This document shows, in pieces, positions 26,774 to 39,222 of a stretch of DNA of 64,000 nt (positions are counted from its first letter, which is position 1; each line of letters opens with the position of its first letter). The notes beneath the pieces were generated by a model. That model was given only the letters and a program-made list of their open reading frames with translations. It was not told the DNA's origin and searched no databases. The stretch is from Felis catus (lineage: Eukaryota), in NCBI RefSeq assembly GCF_018350175.1, contig NC_058368.1, forward strand, positions 204,602,001 through 204,666,000, given 5' to 3'. Position numbers and translations under genes: made by a program.

Positions 26774-27708
26774 AGGTGTATGATTTCAAACACTGAAAAC
26801 ACAGACAAATTATGTGGATTGTATGGATCCACTCCTGCTTTGGATTATTCCCTTCCCATCTCAGTAAGCTTCTGCTATGATGAAGAGTAGATGTGGAGGT
26901 GGGTCTATATGTCAACCTAAGATGGGGGTGGCAGGGCTCCTGTCCCCTGAACATCGATGGCCCTTGTTCTGCGGTGGCTGTCAGAAGGCAGCTCCCAGGA
27001 AGCCTGAGGGTTTGCTGGGCCTCTGACCTCCTGGGAGAGCACCTGCCCATCAAGAGTGGGCAAGAAATCTCATCTTAAATGTTGTAGTTCAGTCTCCAGT
27101 TGAACTGCCACTGGATGGTTAGGAAAACTTGAAACAAATTCTTAATCAAATAAAACTGTGAAAAGAATTGTTTCTGGTCAGAAAACATTCGTTGATTTTT
27201 ATAAATGCCAGCAAGTATGTGGAGAAAACATCTGATTTATCCACTGCAAGACTCCACAATTATGACTCAATTTTTCTAAGAATTGGAAACGAAATCGTTT
27301 CCCTGAGATAGAAAGGAAGTGGTTAACTGACCCCCTCTCAGAATCAAGTCTTTGAGGGAAAGGGAAAGGAGGAGGCAGCACATAGATTGGCAGTACTCCG
27401 CCAACGGACTGAGCCACCCAGGCCTCCCGGGACTGTGCTTTTTAAAGGTGTACTATGCACAGAAAGTTCCTCTGGGTGGGACCCAGGGGAAAGGGGCCCC
27501 AAGGTGAGAAAACAGTTAAACAAACGTGCCCAGGAGAACGACGGGTGGCATACAGGTTCTAAGGGCAGACGATAGGGCTGCTCAGTCTTCACCTACGGCC
27601 GCTGGGTCGCTTGGTGTGGGGAAAGCTGGAGCCCCTCCTTGTCACCCAGGACGTGACAAGAAGGACGTACTTACTCCATGTTCCTGAGGAAATAATTCAT
27701 GGATGGGT

Positions 27709-28235
27709 TGTTGGATCCACGCGACTCCTGAAACAGAATGCTACGGACACCAGTGACAGTTGCAACAAAGTTTATTACAATGAGAGGCAAGGCCAACCGA
27801 TCGGGACCAACACTCTTGATAAGAGTGTGACGGACCGATCGGGACCAACACTCTTGATAAGAGTGTGGCCCGGAACAGCCAGGGTACAGAGTTTTTAAAG
27901 CCGATCACATCGTTTTATCATTATCTGGGAAGAGAACAGAGAAACAGTTCCCAGATGAGTTAGAAACAGTTGCCAGATGAGTCAGAAACATCGAATGAGG
28001 TGATTATTTTAGACTTTCTGCCGCTAAGTTGCAACCAGTGGATCTCCTTGACCTTGTCTCTGATGCTCTTTTTTGAGCTTTTGTTTCCTTCATTGGTAAA
28101 GCCTGATTCACAAGAGTATGAAGTATGATTTACAAGAGTAAAAGCAAGGTTGTTATCTTTTGACCTTCAGTGTCAGAACAAAGTTGTTATCTTTCAAGGT
28201 AAGCGTTAGCCCTACAGTACCATTTAACCCTTACA
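27709..28235 (-). mobile_element. Solo ERV LTR (gammaretrovirus/ERV1-like), 527 bp
   Basis: Minus strand TGTAAGGG...CCAACA ends; 4-bp TSD GGGT at 27705-27708 and 28236-28239; minus-strand TATA-like TTTAAAAA (~27892-27899) then AATAAA (~27772-27777); U3-type tandem repeats. Confidence 0.85.
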
Positions 28236-28811
28236 GGGTCTGCACTTTGTCTTCTGAGATTCCTTAGCAAGTAATCAGTCAGGATGTTGGTAGGTTAAGG
28301 CTTGCTGATTTCCTCTTTCATGACTGTGAGAATGGTACACGTATAGTTTTTTAAAATCAGAGGTTGAAAGTATCAGTGTCTTTAATGGAAAAAAATGGCT
28401 GGAAGAATGCTGTTTGGACTCACTGCCAAAACAGAGCTTCCTTCTGTTTTCTCCTTTGAAGCATGTTAACACATTAAGCTATGGAGAGTTGAAAAGGAGC
28501 CAGTGGAAAGGGGTAGAAAGGTAGCTGGGCCTGCCCAGAGGGAGGAAGGCAGGGAGCCACTGCCTCTGGGTACCGGCTGGTGGGGGAGGAGGAGAGAGAA
28601 TGAAGGTGGAGGAAAAGTGGGGCACTTGTGTCTTCCTGCCCACAATATTTTTTCCCCTCCGTTGTCCCACCGCTAGAATAGAGGAATGAATACCCTCCTC
28701 CTTTTCCTGTTTCTCTCCTCTTGTAGCAGCCACACATACCACTGTAAAATGCTGGGTGCGTGCTGTTCTGCCAACCCTTAGTGTGTACTTTGGGCAAGCT
28801 ACTTAACTTTC

Positions 28812-29742
28812 TTTTCTATTTTATTTTATTTATATTCAAGTTAGTTACCATACAGTGTAGTCTTGACTTCAGGAGTAGAACCCAGTGATTCACCTCTTAC
28901 ATATGACAGTGCTCATCCTGAAAACTGCCCCCCTTAGTGCCCATCGCTGATTTAAACCCCCTGCCCCCCGCCAGCAACCCTTAGTTTGTTCTCTTTATTT
29001 AAGAGTCTCTTCTGGTTTGCCTCCCTGTTTTTATCTTATTTTTCCTTCCCTTCCCCTATGTTCATCTCTTTTGTTTCTTAAATTCCACATATAAGTGAAA
29101 TCATATGATATCCGTCTTTCAACACTGTTGATAGTGTTGCTATAAACATTGCCGTGCATGTGCCCCTTGAATCAGCATTTTTGTATCCTTTTGTATCCTT
29201 TGGATAAATTCCTAGTAGTGCAATTGCTGGGTCATAGAGTAATTCTATTTTTAATTTTTTGAGGAACCTCTACACTGTTTTCCAGAGTGGCTGCACCACT
29301 TCACATTCCCATCCCACCAACAGTACAAAGGCTTCCTTTTCTCCTCGTTCTCGCCAATATCTGTTGTTTCCTGAGTTGTTAATTTAAGCCATTCTGACAG
29401 GTGTGAGGTGGTAACTCATTGTGGTTTTGATTTGCATTTCCCTGATGATGAGTGATGTGGAGCATCTTTTCATGCATCTGTTGGCCATTTGTATGTCTTC
29501 TTTGGAAAAGTGTCTATTCACACCTTCTGCCCATTTCTTCACTGCATTATTTGTTTTTGACTGTTGTGTTCGATAAGTTCTTTATAGATTTTGGATACTA
29601 ATACTTTATCAGATATGTCATTTGCAAATATTTTCTCCCATTTTGTCAGTTGCCTTTTAGTTTTGTTGATTGTTTCCTTCGCTGTGCAGAAGCTTTTTAT
29701 CTTGATGAGGTCCCAATAGTTCATTTTTGCTTTTGTTTCCCT
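28812..29742 (-). mobile_element. 5'-truncated LINE-1 (ORF2 C-terminus relic plus 3' UTR) inserted in a MIR
   Basis: ORF 29539..29724 [40 protein letters not shown] is L1 ORF2p; TSD-like tttgggcaagctactta / tttgggcaagttactta; MIR core resumes cctcatttgtaaaacg. Confidence 0.92.
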
Positions 29743-31427
29743 TTGGGCAAGTTACTTAGTTTTCTGGTTCCCTCATTTGTAAAACGAAAATAATAAAAGT
29801 CCTTAAACATCCTAAACATCCACTGACAGCACTTAGAACCGTGTCTAGCAATAGCAGGTTCTCAGCAAAGCTGATAAAATCACTGCTCCTCCTGCTGATA
29901 ACTCTTTGGATTTTCCCAAGGCCCATTGATCACCAACTTAGGGGGGAAGGAGGTCATGGTACAAGCAGCTAACTGGGAAGTGGAGAAAGAGAATTTGTCA
30001 ACAGAACCCTCTTCTTTCTGGAAATTCCTGAAGAGGGTGAGGTCAGTGGCAACAATTGATTAGGAGACCACCCAATAAGCATTGAAGATCTAATGATAAG
30101 GGACCCTTGCTTCAATGCGCGCTGTTGATTGTGCTGCACAGGCATGGTACTTAGGCCTGCAGATTTTTCATCCAGAAGCAGAGAGGAGCAGTGTAGATAA
30201 AGAATGGGAGTAAAAAGGTGTGGGAGCACCTAGAGAAGGTTAGGATTAGCATAAAAAGATCTTGACTTGCAGAGAAAACTCACACTGGCTTGGCCCGAGG
30301 GGGTGGAACTGACTTTACTTCCCCCAGTAGGATTGAGAACTTAAGCAGAGTAAAACTGATAGAGGGACTTGGTAGGGAGAATTTTGAGATGTGAAGGGTT
30401 AAGGCCAGAGATGAAGCAGAGAAATCATAGCTACCACTTTCACCATTAATAACCAATATTCACTAAATCTCTAGACAATTTTTATCTCATAAGTAATATA
30501 CACTTGGATTTTGAAACCAGACTGTTTACGTGGAGTAATCTCAGTTGTATAGTGTTCTCACTGTAATGATTCAGGTTATAGCAAAAGTTTTTATTTCTAA
30601 GTGACTGATTGAGTAGATACCCATGATGAATCTGTCTGCCCTGAGGAGAAATGCATGGGAGAGCTAGAGCAAAGATGACAATGTGAGGTCTTCGCCCTTC
30701 AACATGGAATTCGCCTTTAGCCCCGATGGCAAGGACAGGGCAATGTCTTCACCAAACCACGTACATTCCATTCCTGAGCACTCAAGGAAACCACCTTTCT
30801 CAGTGTTTTGGGCCCATATGATTAATTCTGGCCAACAGAATATTAGCAGAAGTGGTGTAAGCCACTAACATTTCCAGATCTTCTACTCTCTCCTTGTCCT
30901 TTTTAGGGAGTAGAGCCATGGTTGGGAGGGAGCCTGCATCCCTGAGTCAAAGCTTGGAGAAAATCCACCTGGGAAAGCCACCTAACCAACATCAGCGTGC
31001 AAAGTGGACTAGAAATAAAACAGCTGTATTAAGCCACTGAAGTTTTAGGCTTGTTTGTTGGGGAAGCTAGTAGCCTCAGTGACCCTGACTAGGTCATTGA
31101 CATCAATGACCCTGACTAGGCTGACAGCCTCAGACAGCAAAAGTGTTGAAATCTTACTATTAAAATAACCACGGCATTTCATAGCAAAAATAATTTATTT
31201 TGTCTTAAGATTTTCCTGTTAAAGTACAAATATAGAAGTAGAATATATCATGTGATCCAAAAGGCATGATGACACCTGCAGAAGTCCGAGACACATGGAA
31301 AGGCATAGATTCATTCATTCACTCAGCATTGAACAAGTGCTTGGCAATGGGATAGATGCTAAAGGGACTGGCATTGGTGCTGGTTGGTGGTTTGCGAAAG
31401 GCTTGTCTACTAGGATGGAGAGGTTTT

Positions 31428-31797
31428 AATATTTATTTATTTATTTATTTATTTATTTACTGTTATTTTACATAATCTGTACACCCAGTGTGGGGCTCAA
31501 ACTCATGACCCTGAGGGGCGCCTGGGTGGATCAGTCGGTTAAGTGTCCAACTTCAGCTCAGGTCATAATCTCACCGTTCGTGAGTTCAAGCCCCGCGTAG
31601 GGCTCTCCTGCTGACAGCTCAGAGCCTGGATCCTGCTTCGGATTCTGTCTCCCTCTCTCTGCCCCTGTCCCGCTTACACTCTGTCTCTCTCTCTCTCTCT
31701 CAAAAATAAATAAACATTAAAACAATTTTTAAAAAGCCCCTCATGACCCTAAGATCTAGAGTCACGTGCTCTGCTGACTGAGACAGCTGGGTGTCCC
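31428..31797 (-). mobile_element. Short older Can-SINE (minus) interrupted by a younger SINEC_Fc (plus, 31515-31735)
   Basis: Outer TSD TAGGATGGAGA; inner TSD CTCATGACCCT on both sides of the + SINE. Confidence 0.88.
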
Positions 31798-32430
31798 TAG
31801 GATGGAGATTTTTTAGATCGAATTGAGAAACTTACACATTCTGGTGTGCCTCCTCTCTGGGTTTTATTCCTCAGTCACACCAAGGAAGGACAAGGAAAGA
31901 GTGCCAAATGGTGAACATCTTGACTCACCCTTTGCAGTATAAGTGGAGACAACTCCCTGGTTGAGAGGCCCTGGGCTGGGCAGGGGAAGAATAGGGAATC
32001 CTCATGCACCCGAGAAGGGTGGGTAGGAGAGGACTATTTACTCATTTATGGTAAGGTAGGAGCCTGGAGGGCTTACAGAGAGCTTGGGATTCTTTGGAAT
32101 AGGGACCTATTAGGAGGTCTTGATGTCTAACAATGTCCACTGTGTATTCAAACAAATAAAAGCAGTGTGTCATTTCCCACCTATAGATTTATATCCTTTG
32201 GAATTCTTTCAACTCTCTCAATACGATGGAGACTCTGAAGAGTGGGGTGAATGGCGGATGTAGAATTTTAAAATACTTTGTAAGAAAATTCCATATTTAT
32301 AGAAAGATATAAAATCACCTTGGTGTAGACATTTGTTTCACTTGATATTTGAGATCACTTGAGTGGCCTCCTCATAATTGTCCAAGATGAGAGTAGAATG
32401 CCCTGATGCCCTAGGAAAGGGATCTGAACA

Positions 32431-32453
32431 TTTTTAAAAAATGTTCATTTATT

Positions 32454-32489
<36 letters not shown>

Positions 32490-32656
32490 CATGAACAGGG
32501 GAGGGGCAGAGAGAAAGAGAGACCACAGAACTCAAAGCAGGCTCCAGGCTCTGAGCTGTCAGCACAGAGCCTGACTCAGGGCCAAACCCAACAACTGTGA
32601 GATCATGATCTGAGCCAAAGTCGGACACTCAACCAACTGAGCCACCCAGGTGCCCC
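32431..32656 (-). mobile_element. Can-SINE
   Basis: Full length; TSD GGATCTGAACATTT. Confidence 0.92.
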
Positions 32657-33337
32657 AAGGATCTGAACATTTTGTATTTGATGAAGAGAGCCCCTTCCTT
32701 GGTTGGAACTTGCAGAGTTCTGGAGAAGGGGACCAATTGCATAAAGAGATCAGGACTTCGTGCAAGAAAGGGATGGGATTGTAGCTCCTGGGTGGCTCAG
32801 TTGGTTAAGTGTCCGACTCCTGATTTTGGCTCTCTTCACTATCTCATGTACTTATACCTGAGAAAACACTCCTATGCTTTTTAAGCACAATGTGACATTT
32901 ATTATGAAATAATTAAGTTCCCCAAGATGGTTTTTCAATTTCCCTAAATGTACCAGGTTCTCTGTTCACGACCATCTACCCTAAGAAGGAAGCAAACTGG
33001 GTCCAGTTGCTGATATTACTAAATAGTGAACTTAAAAAAGTCTTGTAAGAAAAATAATACATGTATAGATATGATCTAATGTACAAATAAACAGTACATA
33101 CATACTATGTGTTATAGGGTTTACTTTACAATGTGCCTTTGTATACATACCTAATTTGATTCTCTAACTTATCTGTAGCATGATTATTGTTAGTGTCTAA
33201 GGATTACACATTATTCTTAATTTTGTTATACAATATAATGCTTGTATATTACAATGGACACTGTGGTTGTCTGCCCTTCTCCTTGTAACCACTCCATATT
33301 TCATTTGTAGGCACACCTCCTCATGGGGTTTCTAGAG

Positions 33338-33545
33338 CAGGTTTCTCACCTGGCAGCTATTTTCCCCCCACCCCAAGGACATTTAGCAATGTCTGGAGAC
33401 ATTTTCAGTTGCCAAAACTGGAATAGAGATGCTTCTGGCAACTTGCGGGTAGGTGCCAGGAATGCTTCCAAGCATGTGACAAAGCATAGGACAGTCCCTC
33501 ACATCAAAGAATGATCTGTCACAAAATGTCACTAACATACAGAGA
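33338..33545 (+). mobile_element. MER20-like hAT-Charlie DNA transposon
   Basis: ggacatttagcaatgtctggagacattttcagttg...ataggacagtccctcacatcaaagaatgatctg...aaaatgtca. Confidence 0.75.
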
Positions 33546-33707
33546 GGTTCTAACAGCGGGGCACATGGTTCAAGCCTAGCTTAAAAATCACAATCCCATC
33601 TTGCAAGACTTATGGATTCAGGGTGAACACATGACCATTAATGATCAACGAACCTGAAGAAGATATTTTCTGAGGCTTTCTGGGAAGAGAAGCTTCCACA
33701 CTCTTCT

Positions 33708-33931
33708 CTTTTTTTTTTTTTAGATTATTTATTTATTTATTTATTTATTTTGAGAGAGTGTGTGAACAGGGGAAGGGTAGAGAGAGAGGGAGAGAGAGAA
33801 TCCCAAGCAGGCTCTGCACTGTTAGCACAGAACCTGATGCGGGTTTCCATCTCACCAACTGCAAAATCATGACCTGAGCTGAAATCAAGAGTTGGGAGCT
33901 TAACTGACTGAGCCATCCAGGCAGGTGCCCC
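33708..33931 (-). mobile_element. Can-SINE
   Basis: Reverse poly-A/(TTTA)n, GA-rich tract and SINE head. Confidence 0.88.
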
Positions 33932-34420
33932 CATACTTGTTTGAGAAAGATTTTGAAATTGACTCTTGATGGTTCACTTTCCAGCCTAAATGGACTAGCA
34001 GTCACAGTTTTACCCTCCTGTTGGAAATTACTAAGAAACAGAAAAAAATATATATGAAACGATGGTTTTAAGACATTGGACATCAGATTGTGCAGGACTG
34101 TCATTCCTGAGAAAGGAGAAAAGCTGAAATAAACACAGTATCAGTGAGCTATGGAACAACTCCAAGCAACCTAATTCTATGTGTTACTGGATTAAATCGG
34201 GGGAAAGAATAAAAAAAAAATAAAGAAATAATAACTTAAAATTTTCCAAATATGATTTTAAAAAGCTCCGGAAACTCAAGATCCAAGACTCTTGATAAGC
34301 TTCAATCATAAAAAAAAAAAAAAAAAAAAAAAGGAAAGGGAAAGAACATATTACTATAGTGAGAGTAATTTACATCAGTGGTGGAAATCCATAAATCGTT
34401 TTTCCTTAAAAGAGGTCCAT

Positions 34421-34628
34421 GGGGGAGGGGAAGGAAAAAAAAAAAAAACAGGTTAGAGTGGGAGAGAGCCAATGCATAAGAGACTCTTAAAAACTGAGAA
34501 CAAACTGAGGGTTGATGGGGGGTGGGAGGGAGGAGAGGGTGGGTGATGGGTATTGAGGAGGGCACCTTTTGGGATGAGCACTGGGTGTTGTATGGAAACC
34601 AATTTGTCAATAAATTTCATATAAAAAA
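34421..34628 (+). mobile_element. Young felid LINE-1 3' end (5'-truncated)
   Basis: L1_Fc-like 3' UTR ending aatttgtcaataaatttcatataaaaaaa; perfect TSD AAAAGAGGTCCAT at 34408-34420 and 34629-34641. Confidence 0.9.
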
Positions 34629-37556
34629 AAAAGAGGTCCATATGATGTCTTGTAGAGCCTGTTGTAAATAAATTACTCTTCTCTAACTCAGCAGTACACT
34701 GGGGATAGTTTGGTTTCTGTTTTGGCAGAACTCAAAACTAGCTCGGATATGTGAATAAGTCTCATTGTCCTGCTAATATACTATTCATCTCGATCACATG
34801 TTCAGGCCAGACCACTGTTGAGATTGTTGACAGGCAGGAAGAGGATGTGCCCAGCGTGTTGGCAAAGATGGTGAGCAGCTCATCTGTGATCCTCCTAATT
34901 GTCTGGGTTCGGCTCCAGCGATAATCTATCTTTATAACCAATATAAAGCATGCTGGGATCGTGCAGACATGCTGTGTATCAATTTATAACAATTGCCCAA
35001 TTAAACCATGAACATGAATAAATGTAGATTAATAGAGATTTGGAAAAGACTTTGAAAGGCTAAGATTACTCCTCCAGGAGAACCTAAGTGATAATCACAC
35101 ACTAGCGCATGGAGGTCGCCGTGACCTGGTGGGACAGGTTGGCTATGACTATTGCTCCAAGCCTGACTCATGTGCTCAAAGTTCAGATATCTTCCAGGGA
35201 TGCTCTGCTTACAGAAACAGAAAGGAAAATGTCCTCTACTTCTGCTTCTGCAGGAGAGGAGGGCCAGCCCAGGCAAAACTGAGTCCTGCTAGTTTAGCTT
35301 CCTTATTTGGTGAAGGTTCAGTGATTGTGGACTATGTGATCAAGCAAAACCTGTCAATTAAAAGCACCAGAAGCTTACTCTTTAGAAAAAATTAATTGTA
35401 ACTTTAAATTTAAAAAAATATGGAAAATAACAGACACGTATCTATTGAGTTAACAAATATTAACATATTGTCATATTTCCTTTAGATCATTCTTTTTCTC
35501 TATAGAAATTAATCACACTCATTCCTACATCCATCCTAAAACCACAATTTTGAAGTGCTCTTGCTTTGAAATTAGAGACTGTAATTTTATTTCTACAGCG
35601 GTTATTCTTACATTAACAAAATCCTCTAAAGAGCCAAAAGTTAATAGAGCTATACTTTTTCTGAACAAAACAATGACTTTAGAATTCTTTACTCTCAATC
35701 ACCTTTCCACCTTCCATTTTTTGTTTATTTTAATTTTACCTCCTTTAAATCCCCCTCTTCAGCCGTTGTTATCGTTGTTATTTCAAAGAGCCAATGAGTA
35801 TTAACCTGAGTACTTCCCCAATTCTTTGGTCCCTACTCTTCCTGGTTCCTTTCCTGCTCCTTAAGTGCATCCTTTAGGGGTTCCTTGAAGGACTGTTTGA
35901 AAATGTATGCCATTCATTGCATATGGCATACACACTCGGACTTTTTCAATTTTCTCTCTTCCCTTTTATGATAATTTGGCTGACATGTTTCTTAGGCACT
36001 CTCTTATTTTGTGGTCTTAGTTTTATTTCTATTGAGAAGTTTCCTTTAGTCTAATTGTTACTCTGTAGCTAATCTGTCTTTTTCTGATTACTGTTAAGAT
36101 AGATCTCTGATCTAAAACACACATTTTGTTGCTTCCAATAGATTTTAAGAGCTTAGCAAGAATTCTTTCTTCATCTGGGAGATGTTAGACATATAGAACA
36201 TAAAAACTAGAAGGGACCTAGTATTATCTGGTCTATTTTTCATATTTCAGTGATGAGAAAACTGAGGTCTTGAGAGTTTAAGCAATGGCGCTATGGTTGG
36301 ATCCTTTGCAATGGCTAGCAAAGTGTTACGTACATAGAAATGTGCTCAATAAATGTTCATTATATGCATGAAAGACTAGAAATAACTTTCAGATGGACAC
36401 CAAAGCTGGCTTACCTTTCAATATGCCTCAGGAGCTCTATTCTAACAACTTTCAAGCACAAATGTCTGGTCAGAAAATGTGAATTGGATTTGCCCTCTAC
36501 CTGCTGATCTCTCTCATCCTTGAGTTTTTGTGACATTGTAAGATTTACTGTATGATCTAAGTGCTTATTATCTGAAATACTTTTCTGTACATTATTGATG
36601 CTTTTCTGCACTTTAAATGTTCCGAGAGCATCTTAGTTTGTATTGCTCTGCCTCCCTTCATCACACCCAATCTTGGAACAGTGCTGGGATTTTAATAATG
36701 GTTAACTAAGTTCTTTGTCATTAATCACTGATAGATTACTGATGCCTAATTTCCGAGTAAAGTTGTTATACAGGTGACATTTACCTTCTTTGAGCTGAAT
36801 ACTGTCATTTGACATAGTCTTCACAGTAAATGGGTGAGCAAAGGTTAAATTCTCTTTCAAGCATAACTTTAGCAAACAACACACTGTGCTGCCTTGTTTT
36901 TGGAGACTCAAAAACACAAAATTTGAAAGTAACTTCCTGTTCTTTAGGGACATGTGATCTTAGTCTGCAAACATTAGTGCATTTGAGAACGATGTCTTAT
37001 TTACTTATTACACAATGACAAATCCACAGCCTTGTGAATGTTAATATTTTCTGGAATGACAACAGACTTTGAAAAGATAAGAGGTGCAGAAATAGTCAGA
37101 AGCCACCTGCAGCTTGGAGCCCGAATGCCATTATTACACAGGAAAAGATGAAGATGAGGGGCCTAGAGCGGCAACAAATTAAATCTCCTGTGAGTCAGGA
37201 GGTTAGAGCTCTACTGGTTCAAGTCAGCTGTGAGGCCTCGGATAAGTCTATAAATCTTGCTGGGCCGACAGCTTCTCACTTTTAAAACCAGAGGATTGAA
37301 TTTCAAGTGATTTGTAATGTCTCTTCCAAGTCTAAGAGTCTACCATTTATTTGAATCCATAACCACTATGATGGAAAGAACATATAATGGTGACAGCAAG
37401 TGTTAACACTGGGAAGATGGGCTGCAGGATGGAGAGAAAGAAACTAGTGGTCTTGGGATACAGGGAGGACTTAATCCTTCAACCTAAAAGCCCAAATTTC
37501 ACAGCATCTGAACTGAATATTTAGGTGTTTATTTCCTTGCTTAAGAAGATTTTGAG

Positions 37557-37848
37557 GGGTGCCTGCCTGCCTTGTTGGTAGAGTGTGTGACTCGATCTGG
37601 GGGTCATGAGTTTGAGCCCCGCCTTGGGTATAGAGCTTCCTTAAAAAAAAGATTTTTGGGGCACCTGGGTGACTCAGTCTGTTGAGCATCTGACTTCAGC
37701 TCATGTCATGATCTCTCCGTTCGGGAGTCCGAGCCCTACGTTGGGCTTACTGCTGTCAGCCTGTGGGCGTAGAGCCCACTTCAAATCCTCTGTCCCCTCT
37801 CTGCCCCTCCCCCACTTGTGCTGTCCCAAAGATAAATATTAAAAAAAA
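37557..37848 (+). mobile_element. Two tandem Can-SINEs (short type 37557-37650; long type 37658-37848)
   Basis: Two SINE heads, each followed by an A-tail; AAGATTTT occurs before, between and after. Confidence 0.87.
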
Positions 37849-38680
37849 GATTTTGAAGTACATAGATATGTCCGGCTGAACATTGAGTGAAACCAAGATA
37901 TACGTAGACATAGATAGAAGTTCGTAGATACTAAGATCTCTTCTACAGTTTTCAATCAGTTGTTTTGATTCTGGGACTATGAAGACCAAGTCTTCATGGT
38001 CTCTATGACCAAAACTTCCAAATAAGTTCTGCAAAGGTATTACTGAATTCAGCCAAAAGTCCATCTGACATGGAAGGCAGCATGTTTCCGAGAATGACAG
38101 TTGTGGCTTTGTGAAGCCTATTCTGGGTGATGAGCCCACATGCCTTCCCCCCCCCCCCCCTCTGCTTTTTGAGGTTGGGTATTGGTGGTTGCTCTTTCTC
38201 TGCCTATGTGTGAGGTAGTCCTGGGTAAGCATCGTGTGATGAGTGGGCTTTTAGCTCTTTCAGTTAAAAGATATTAAGACTTACCCTGGCTGAGTGATCA
38301 AGGTTTATAGAGAGGATGATCCACGTGTAGAAAGGATAAACTTATAAAGTGACTCTAAGGGATACAGAAAATCCATGAAAAACCAGGGGAGGCTGGGTTG
38401 ATAGTTTTCAGGGAGAAAAGAAGAACAGCATTTGGGTAGCAGAAGAACAGAGCTTGAATAGCTGCGCTATCTTGCTGAACCCTCAGCACTGGACTTTCTT
38501 CTCTTCACTAGAGTATCACCATCAATGTGACTCAACTATGCCCTTATCTTTGTTTCTCTTTGTGCCTGGTCATTTCTCCCCTCAAAATCAATAGTCTGAG
38601 GCTATTCTTGTTTCCCAGATTCTATTCCGTCGTCAAAGTTTATCAGTCTAGCTAATAATTATCACCTCTGTTTTGGGCCA

Positions 38681-39222
38681 TGTGCAGAAATGAGTTAATA
38701 CAGCAGGCCCAAGACTGCTATGTCTAGAAGGACAGTTTACAAAGTTGGCCCTCGGCTGGTATCTGGGTGTTTCCACCATTCTCATAACTGATAAGAGTGG
38801 TCCTCTGTGCCTAGACTGTTTGCATAAACAACATGATTCATGCTGAATATATTATTTCCTTCTGGGAGTCTGGAATTTGGAAAATAATAAGCAGAATGCA
38901 GATGTGACCAACCCCCAATAAAAATGTTGGACGCCGAGTCTCTAAAGGGCTGTTCTGGGCAGGAACACCATACACATGTTACTGTACTTTTCATTGCTGG
39001 AGAAAGTATCATGTTCATGTGTACCCCTCACAGAAGGAGAGGGCACAGGATGCCTGTGCATGGATTTCTCTAGATTCGGCCTATGTCTTTTCCCATTATG
39101 ATCTGATGGTGTATCCTTACTATGTCATTGTAATAAATCTTAGCCATGAGTCTAGCTATGTGCTAGATCCCATGAGTTCTCCTAGAAAATCTTTAAATAT
39201 GGGGAAGGTCATCCCAACTCAT
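38681..39222 (+). mobile_element. MER68-like ERVL LTR
   Basis: Starts TGTGCAGAAATGAGTTAATACAGCAGGCCCAAGACTGC; contains ccttctgggagtctggaatt and tgtaataaatcttagccatgag. Confidence 0.75.

Noticed and set aside
26598..27053. 151-aa ORF on minus strand
   Set aside because: C-terminal half is SINE sequence; no protein family resemblance.
27796..27867. CRISPR-like palindromic repeats
   Set aside because: Only two units with a 4-nt linker, inside an LTR in a mammalian genome; no spacers or cas genes.
29539..29724. L1 ORF2 peptide as a functional gene
   Set aside because: Short fragment of a 5'-truncated, internally deleted L1.
37756..38232. 158-aa ORF, the longest in the track
   Set aside because: Runs through a poly-C tract and a SINE; no recognisable homology.
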